From Octopus bimaculoides (lineage: Eukaryota): 44,123 nucleotides of DNA. The translations under genes and the position numbers were made by a program. The stretch covers positions 3,044,365 to 3,088,487 of the forward strand of contig NC_068982.1 of assembly GCF_001194135.2 (NCBI RefSeq), given 5' to 3'. Shown piece after piece: positions 36,111 to 44,123 of the stretch. How positions within the stretch are numbered: the stretch's first letter is position 1; the number at the start of each line of letters is the position of its first letter. The notes under the pieces are model-generated. The model had not been told where the DNA came from. It saw only the letters and a list, made by a program, of their open reading frames with translations, and made no database searches.

Positions 36111-37256
36111 ACATACATCTGTGTGTGTTTTCGACTTTCTTGGGGGTGGCGTAGGGGTTAAAATTGGTTTTGACTTCGACGTCTCACTTCGGCTATTTGG
36201 TGAAATTCGTATTAATAACTGTTATTAGTAAATCAAGGGAAACTAATTTACAGCAGGAAGACTTGAATTGAATAAATGAGTGGGGTAGTTGAAGGATAAC
36301 CGTGAGTTCAAATCTGAGGTGATCCGTTTAATATTGAAAAGAGAACCAATATAATGCAAAGCGAGGACGGAAAGGAAAATACAATGATTTTAGGAGAAAA
36401 GGAGATAGAAGAAGGCAGGAAAATAAAGTAGAGATGATTTCATCTTCTAGCAGACATATCAATATACAGGAATACAGATCGAAAATGACTAAACACACGC
36501 AATCTACGATTATATTATTTACGGCAAAGTTGTAGTTTAACACGGCCTGCATATATGGTCGCTGATGCAAATTGGTAGATTTATATAAATAAGATAATGA
36601 AGAAAGGAGAAAACGATGAGTTAGTCGTGAGAGAGAAAGACTTGTAGAGAGTTATATACAAGAGTATATCTTAAAATCATTGTTGTAATGGCATCCCATA
36701 TGGTATTTTGTGTAATATTTAGTACAGGATTTTTTTTAGTACAGGAAGAGATTTTAGAAGCTAAAGCGAGGAAAGTAAGAACAATAATTTCAGAGAAAAA
36801 CAACAAAGTTACAGATGATCTCTCTGGATTAAACTTACGAACTATATTTGCTAATCTTCCTTTTGTATCAGATTTAAGAAAGTTCTGAGGATATTTCTTG
36901 CAAGGGCTAAGCTTAAAAGCTTAAACCAGATAATATCATCCGCGTGGATATAAGATACACATTTTTTAATAGCTTAATTTTTCTGGAACGTAATTTGAAA
37001 TATTCTAGACAACAAAAATTATATGACTTCTTGTTACATGTTAAAATATGCATGCATGTTTATATGTATTCATAAACTTACATATACACAGTTTAAATGC
37101 ATGCATATATAAAACATAACCATATACACATACAGGTACACACATTCATATAGATGTTTGTATGCATGTACTCTTCCGTGATGGTAAGACCAACAAAATG
37201 AGTACTTCAACTGGTGAGAGATAAATATTATTTAATATGAACAATACATGACTTTA

Positions 37257-37531
37257 TGTGATACTAACAGTTTCATATGTTGGGAAATACCACGAACATA
37301 TTCATCAGGCACAAAGCACATATCATAACGAAGAGGATAAATCTTTTAACTTTTTTGATTTTTACTTATTACTTTTTCGCTTTCTATTTTTTAACCTTCC
37401 ACGTTTTCCGCATGCTTCCTTCTCGACTTTTCGTGTTTCTTCTCTCATTCAAGTTTTAATTTGTTATATGCTGTTTGTGCCTGGTGAATATGTCCGAGTT
37501 ATTTCTCAACATATGAAACTACTATCAGCAT
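37257..37531. repeat. Diverged inverted repeat (37257-37328 / 37463-37531) whose arms are hammerhead-like motifs
   Basis: Left arm reverse complement: GTGC CTGATGA ATATGTT..AACATAT GAAA CTGTTAGTA TCAC. Right arm: GTGC CTGGTGA ATATGT..ACATAT GAAA CTACTATCA GCAT. Confidence 0.75.
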
Positions 37532-37614
37532 ATCAAAACACGTATTGTGTCTATTTAATTATATATATATGGTAGTTGTCTACTGCTTATGCAGAGTCTG
37601 ACCACCTCCCCTAC

Positions 37615-37941
37615 CTACACTTTAGAACCATCATGGCGTCTTATGTAGCTTTTTAAACCAGACAATGTTCTGAAAAGACACACATATAGAATGCAAATCC
37701 AATTTGGACCAGCAATAGCTTCAGTTACGTTCTCATCTTTGTGGATCTTAAGACGTCTTTTGAGGCCTCCTTTAGATTTGCAGACCTTATGGTATACATG
37801 CCATTGAAAGGTATGCACAGATATATAGGCAGAATATTTGATGAAGATTCGTTTTCCATGGGTCCGCGAATGAGATTTGATCCCAGCAGAAGAAAATCAT
37901 GGTCTGTCACAAACTATGCACAGAAAAGGTTTATCGTGATT
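37615..37941 (-). mobile_element. RTE-type LINE C-terminal remnant with three C2H2-like zinc fingers
   Basis: One frame reads CIVCDRP*FSSAGIKSHSRTH...HVYHKVCKSKGGLKRRLKIH...CILYVCLFRTLSGLKSYIRRH*; S-x-x-G-L-x-S-H-x-R-x-H is the RTE C-terminal finger type. Confidence 0.6.
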
Positions 37942-38229
37942 CACCTTTTCGATCGTGTGGTAGAGAAATAATCAAGGAAAAGAACGGCCAAGGAACCAGG
38001 ATGGAAAGCTATTTCATGCGATGCGAGCAGCTATGAAAAGAAGTGGCGGTCATCTACAGGCTTCTCTAGAAGTGGGAATAAAGAGGATTTGTGCGTGCGT
38101 GTGTGTGTTAATGTAGTGTTTCTATAGCTTGTGGAAAGGGGTGCAGTGAGGCGGCAGCATAAATGGGCGGAAACACTCGAAATCTGTGCAATTCGGAAGC
38201 AGGTGGGGAAAGTGCTATTCAGAAAACCC

Positions 38230-38440
38230 GAGGTTGTGAATTTAAGAAAAGGTAATTTTGGCGGGAAAAGATGAGTTTCTATCCCTTCGGAGGCGAATGT
38301 TGGAAGCCAAGGCCTTGAGTTGGAGTGGTGAGAGGAGACGAAAGATTGAGGGACGGATGACAAGTTTTCATATTGTATATTCCTGGAGGATCTGGCAACC
38401 TGTCCTTGAGATGCTGGTCGTATCGCTCGATGTGTATTAA
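38230..38440 (-). mobile_element. Possible Penelope GIY-YIG C-terminal remnant
   Basis: Frameshifted pieces RNIQYENLSSVPQSFVSSHHS and IRLRR../KLIFS resemble the HLRDI..SVARHF...HS and RLRREQRLIF segments of PLE endonucleases. Weak. Confidence 0.3.
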
Positions 38441-39939
38441 ATACCATGCAATATAAATTCATGATTTCTGGCAATTATCTTTCACTTCCATATAAGATAA
38501 AGTAATTGCTGGGTGGCAATTGGGATAATTCCAAATGAGAAGGGAAGATAATCTCAACTTTTCAAAACTGACAAGCTATTAAGGACAAGACAGCACGTTT
38601 ATCTGAAGATTATATGGCAGCTGCAGAGGTTCTGGGAAATATAGCCGTATAGGAAAATTCGCCGTAAAAAAATAAACTCGATACAATCCGCTACAAAAAG
38701 TACATCATGATGGCAGTATTGCTTGGAAATTTCATACGCTTTAAATTACCTCATGCTGGTTCTTTAATGATTGACGTTAAATAAAAACTTGCCTATTTAA
38801 TGCATTTATTAAACCTTCTGGCATTTTTATATTTTATTTCAAAAAGTGCTGATGTAATAAGCTTTATCATTGTCCTTTCGGTGAATTTGGTTCACGGTAA
38901 ATTGTCATTTATGGCGAAATTTCTTACAGCGATTTCCTAAAACCAATTTTTCTCACGACAAAAATTTTACAGCGAATTTTCCGGACATGAGCTGCAGAGA
39001 GATGCTGAACTGAATGTTTCATCAGATAGACTTCCTAATGTGGATGGTCCCAATGATGGCTTTGGTGATATTGCTGGCGGTCGAAAGGAAAGGGCAATTG
39101 TGACAGTGGAAACAGGAGAAAAGAAATGATCCATGAAGGAGCTGGAATATAGAGAATGAGCAGTTGTGATTGAACAAACTGTAGCTTCAGAGCGTATTTA
39201 AAGGAAGTAAAGAGTGGGAGCATGAGAAAAACAGGGGGTTCACGCTAAAGATTAAACACAGCCGAAAATCCGGATAATGGTATATAGCAGGGGCAAGTCG
39301 GTTAGGTGCTGGCGGGGAAAATGAAAGAAAGAAGCAACACTGAAAGTGTTTTATAGAAATTATGAGTGTTTGCATTACGTGATGAAGTCAAAAGTGTGTT
39401 GCGTGATGTGTTATAAACTTGCAAGAACTTTTCTCTTTGTACTGAAATCTTTGGCGAATGTTAATGAGTCGCCAGGTAGCGCTGTTCTTGATTCACTTGT
39501 GGTACTGTCCAGCAACGCTCACCAAGTCACTAACAGCCAACAGCATCCCAAATAACATCTCATAGCCTCGAGCGACTCGATGAGATCTGAATCAACAAAG
39601 CAAAACCACCCTGGTTAGCCAACCTGGTTAGAATCTATGCATTTTTTGCTTCACACAGGCAGCTGGTAGAGTGTTTTGCCCCCGTCTTTGAATTCACGTT
39701 ACATACGGTTAGCGTCATTCTTCTAACACACGCGTGCGCATTGGTGTGATATATGTATGCTTATGCAAAATACTTCAATATATCTATTTATGAATGTGTG
39801 AGTAGACACGCATAAATTTACGTATGCTATACTCCTCTATTTCTAGTTTTCCTGGATAGCGGCCAATGTTTGCTCAGCACCTTGAAGGGTTATGTCAGTT
39901 AAATTGACAAATATACTTATTTAACGATGGAATGCATTA

Positions 39940-40139
39940 GTTTGAAATTTTGGCCAGGGGAGAGTGAAAGTCGACGATATCGACCCCAGTGCTCAACTAG
40001 CACTTATTCAATCGAACCCGAAAGGACGAAAGACAAAATCGACCTCGTTGGAATTTGATCGCACATCGTTAAGTGGAAATAAATACTGCTAAACATTTTT
40101 TTTTCTGGCGCCGTAACTATTCTGCCAGATCGCCACTTT
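39940..40139 (-). mobile_element. SINE family B, diverged copy
   Basis: TTTGAAATTTTGGC...ATCGACCCCAGTGCTCAACT.GCACTTAT...CGAAAGGACGAAAG.CAAAATCGACCTCGTTGGAATTTGA...TTCTGCCAGATCGCCAC. Confidence 0.85.
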
Positions 40140-40246
40140 AACTATGGTATGTATTATATCGTGTCATGTTGCCGAGTCGTTATGTGATGGAGGAGACAGA
40201 AGTCAATACACTCAAACATATACAGTAAAAAGCACAGCTCCAGACG

Positions 40247-40289
<43 letters not shown>

Positions 40290-41884
40290 TGAGAGAGAGA
40301 GAGAGAGAGAAAGAAGCAGACAGACAGACACAAAGAATGAAAGAGACACAACGGGTTTCTGCACCCTCCCCGTTCACTGTTATCTTTTGAGCATTAAAAA
40401 CACCTGCGCAAGATACTGCACTAAGTGGCTGTAAATCGAACTTCTGCATATGTCTGTGTATATGCGTATGCGTTTATATAGATGTATGTGTATACGTGTA
40501 CATTATATATATATATATATATAATATGTAATGTATACAATTATTACATCATAAAGAAGAATCGAGAATACATCATGAAGACTTATTTATTACGGTATTA
40601 TTCTCAATGAGAATAAACATGTAATACACAAGATTTGAAGATGTAATAATTTTCTATTCTTCTTTATGATCTCTTGATTACACACTAGCTGTATAAAATC
40701 CATTGAAGCGAACTCAGGATTTATCTTTCAAGTGAAGTACCGTGTAATAGTTCATCTTAGCCAATTCTATATATAAGTATGCATATATACATTGGAGCAT
40801 CTTGCTAGTAGTCGCCCACTGTGGTTTAGTGTTGTGTACTCTGGTATATAAGCATTATGAATTTGATGCGACGGCCAGGAAAGCTAAAGAGAGCAGAGCT
40901 GCCCGGAGAGCAAAATCTCACCAGGGACTGATTCAACTATTAAATGTTCCTAATTTAACCGAGGATTTTATGCCAAACCACCACCTGACCCACAAAGTGT
41001 AAAGCTGATCACTCTGCCGTCTTCATTTGAAACTGTTACATAGAAATTGTTTCTGCAATCTGAATGAGGAAGAGAAACTCAATCAGGGAGAAAATATTTA
41101 ATTTGGAACTGCGGAAGTATGATAACGATTAATACAAGAAGACTATGCTAAGAATTATTTGAAGCAAAGTACAAGATTGAAGGTAGAAGAATCCGAAGCC
41201 AAGTTTGAGATTGAAAGAATAGCAGTATTTGCAAAAGGGAAAAAATAAGATACACGAAAGTCTAATATTTCAATGATTACTACATGAAAATTCAGAGGAA
41301 ATTAATGTGTAAACATTGAAAATTAGCTTTGTTTACAGAAAGATTGAATCAAAGTTTGATTACAGAGAAACAAAGAAAACAATTTTTAAAGGGTTGGGAT
41401 TAAGCAGCAGAAGATGGGAGAGTGGGTTCTCCCAAAATAAAAAGGGTGTGCTTAGCTACACCCTTCAGATATAACTGCGATGGTGTTGCCGCGGAGAATG
41501 GCAAGCGACATTCACGCCAACAGCCACTCCATCTTGCGGGCATCCTTTCTCAGACGGGTCACAGTTATACCGATTTTGCGAAGGAAATTTGCAGTGCGGG
41601 GTTCGAGAACACTGAGCTCTCGCGTGGAGTTCGACACAAATTAATCAGGATCGTGTATTTATTTATTTGTTTCTCTTCTGTGTTTACGGGCGACAACCGA
41701 GGGAACCGAGTTGAAGCCACAGCACGTGTCAAGATTATTTACAAGTGATAGGCTTCAAAATCTTTTCGCTGAAGGATATGAAGATAAGAAGTGAAAAGAT
41801 TTAATGCAATTATCAATTTGAAGTATGAGAAGTACAAACATTCAAATTAAGGGTCACCAACAATAGTTTTCAAGAAAAATTGCT

Positions 41885-42260
41885 CAGAGCGACTGAATAT
41901 CATTTTCCAGTCTTGTATTACTAATATTTATTTTTTATCAGAGCATTCCTTAGGTGGAAAATTCAATAATAACAGCCACAAAGCTAAAATAATATTAACT
42001 AAACGAGGAGACATAAAAGTATATTCTCATAATTTAATGAACAATCCAGAGAATGCTAATTCCAAAGACTTCAAAGACAATGTCAGATCTTACAACTTGT
42101 AATTTTCCTTTCTATCACTGAGGGTTCATCTATCTAATGCTTCAGGCCCTCTGTCTTTTTCTTTTCCTTTTTTTTTTCGCGCGCTCATCTCTTCTTGCTT
42201 GAGAATGGTATATCCTCTTGAAGGAGAATCATGGCAACTTTTCCATGCTTGGCTAGTTCA
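41885..42260 (+). mobile_element. Helitron RepHel N-terminal fragment, decayed
   Basis: EHSLGGKFNNNSHKAKIIL (cf. CC..GKV.L), NANSKDFKDNVRSYNL*FSFLS...SGP (cf. SK.F..NIRSYNS.FSF.S...GP) and YPLEGESWQLF (cf. LHP..GE...AQLY), in the expected order. Confidence 0.7.
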
Positions 42261-42289
42261 CTTAAAAATGGACACGGTTACTTTTGATG

Positions 42290-42292
<3 letters not shown>

Positions 42293-42322
<30 letters not shown>

Positions 42323-43305
42323 NNNNNNNNNNNNNNNNNNNNNNNNNNNNNNNNNNNNNNNNNNNNNNNNNNNNNNNNNNNNNNNNNNNNNNNNNNNNNN
42401 NNNNNNNNNNNNNNNNNNNNNNNNNNNNNNNNNNNNNNNNNNNNNNNNNNNNNNNNNNNNNNNNNNNNNNNNNNNNNNNNNNNNNNNNNNNNNNNNNNNN
42501 NNNNNNNNNNNNNNNNNNNNNNNNNNNNNNNNNNNNNNNNNNNNNNNNNNNNNNNNNNNNNNNNNNNNNNNNNNNNNNNNNNNNNNNNNNNNNNNNNNNN
42601 NNNNNNNNNNNNNNNNNNNNNNNNNNNNNNNNNNNNNNNNNNNNNNNNNNNNNNNNNNNNNNNNNNNNNNNNNNNNNNNNNNNNNNNNNNNNNNNNNNNN
42701 NNNNNNNNNNNNNNNNNNNNNNNNNNNNNNNNNNNNNNNNNNNNNNNNNNNNNNNNNNNNNNNNNNNNNNNNNNNNNNNNNNNNNNNNNNNNNNNNNNNN
42801 NNNNNNNNNNNNNNNNNNNNNNNNNNNNNNNNNNNNNNNNNNNNNNNNNNNNNNNNNNNNNNNNNNNNNNNNNNNNNNNNNNNNNNNNNNNNNNNNNNNN
42901 NNNNNNNNNNNNNNNNNNNNNNNNNNNNNNNNNNNNNNNNNNNNNNNNNNNNNNNNNNNNNNNNNNNNNNNNNNNNNNNNNNNNNNNNNNNNNNNNNNNN
43001 NNNNNNNNNNNNNNNNNNNNNNNNNNNNNNNNNNNNNNNNNNNNNNNNNNNNNNNNNNNNNNNNNNNNNNNNNNNNNNNNNNNNNNNNNNNNNNNNNNNN
43101 NNNNNNNNNNNNNNNNNNNNNNNNNNNNNNNNNNNNNNNNNNNNNNNNNNNNNNNNNNNNNNNNNNNNNNNNNNNNNNNNNNNNNNNNNNNNNNNNNNNN
43201 NNNNNNNNNNNNNNNNNNNNNNNNNNNNNNNNNNNNNNNNNNNNNNNNNNNNNNNNNNNNNNNNNNNATATATATATACATATATATATATACTACATAT
43301 CTAGG

Positions 43306-43359
<54 letters not shown>

Positions 43360-43414
43360 TAAGTATATATCTACACACACATACACACACTCATACGCAC
43401 GTCTGCACACACTG

Positions 43415-43457
<43 letters not shown>

Positions 43458-43480
43458 CATAGAATGATAGATAGATACAT
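42293..43480. repeat. (TA)n and (GATA)n microsatellites around a large gap (N 42323-43267)
   Basis: Direct reading. Confidence 0.95.
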
Positions 43481-44123
43481 TTCTTTTATTAGCCACACAG
43501 GACTCAACAAAGATGGGACAGATACAATGTAGAGCTTTTCTTTTTGGGAGGGGGAAGGAGAAAAAAAAAACCAATAGGGGTGTGTCGATCGAAAGGGATC
43601 GTAGGAAGGGAAAAAGGGGGGAGTTCGATCAAGAGGGATCGAGAAAAAAAAGAAGAAAAAAAGCGATCAATAGGGATCGTGTATCACACAGTAATGTTCT
43701 CGTGTAAAAAGTGGGGAAGACAGTTTAGGTTTAGCCGTGGAAAGAAAACCCTACGGAAAAGACCACGGTAGCCTTGGTCAATATTCTCATTGAAGAAACT
43801 ATAACAGTAAGTGACTCTCTTTTGCCTTTTTGTTTTTTGTCTGGATTTTCTTTTACTCCTTTATAGTGTTATGCTCAAGGTGGCTCCGTCATTCACACGT
43901 GCCATCCTTGCTACGTTCACCCATCTTTTTTTGAAGCATTCACTAGACAAGACTTCCCTTTCTACTCTCACCTTCCTCTTCAGATGATACTTGAAGAAGT
44001 TGATGAGAGATTGCTCAGAGAGGAAAGTCTTTGTCTCTAGACCTTTCAGACGCATCCACCATACACATTCTTTCGCCATAGCCACAAGTACGATGAAAAT
44101 AGCTCTTCCTTCCCGTTTAAAGG
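43478..44123 (-). mobile_element. 3' end of a Tx1/L1-type LINE: ORF2 C-terminus, 3' UTR and AATAAA
   Basis: Open frame ...VLVAMAKECVWWMRLKGLETKTFLSEQSLINFFKYHLKRKVRVEREVLSSECFKKRWVNVARM...TL* (stop at 43861), pyrimidine-rich UTR and AATAAA at 43485-43490 (minus) before the microsatellite. Clade call is by resemblance only. Confidence 0.6.

Noticed and set aside
39035-39375. Possible CR1/L2 3' remnant on the minus strand
   Set aside because: Pyrimidine-rich and LINE-like in composition, but no motif could be read with confidence.
41422-41748. 108-aa GC-richer ORF upstream of the Helitron fragment
   Set aside because: No recognisable domain or splice signals; may be Helitron-internal sequence, but this is unsupported.
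42199-43410. Longest ORFs (342-382 aa), and similar ones at 33969-34633, 35072-35532 and 25500-25775
   Set aside because: They consist of N-gap (X) and microsatellite translations; only 34478-34946 is real coding-derived sequence (a LINE).

Overview
AT-rich, microsatellite-dense eukaryotic genomic DNA with seven N-gaps. I found no host protein-coding exon I can support; almost all listed ORFs are microsatellite, gap or decayed-transposon artefacts. The repeat complement and TTAGGG repeats suggest an octopus-like cephalopod (inference). The window contains several tRNA-derived SINE families, decayed non-LTR retrotransposons (R4/Dong-type with restriction-like endonuclease, Tx1/L1-type, CR1, RTE, a possible Penelope piece), a Helitron fragment and two MITEs. 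Three observations stand out. (1) A short tRNA-headed element with the layout tRNA head - (AAT)n - minimal Penelope-type hammerhead ribozyme occurs at two independent loci (3614-4394, 24992-25228), with further hammerhead copies in an inverted/tandem cluster; one copy has been split by a Dong-type LINE inserted in its (AAT)n linker. (2) A Merlin-like MITE (28011-28630; perfect 37-bp TIRs, 8-bp TSD) carries outward-pointing telomeric repeats at its centre. (3) A second, unrelated hammerhead-like motif occurs as an inverted pair at 37257-37531. All family assignments are by eye, from motif recognition, not from database searches.
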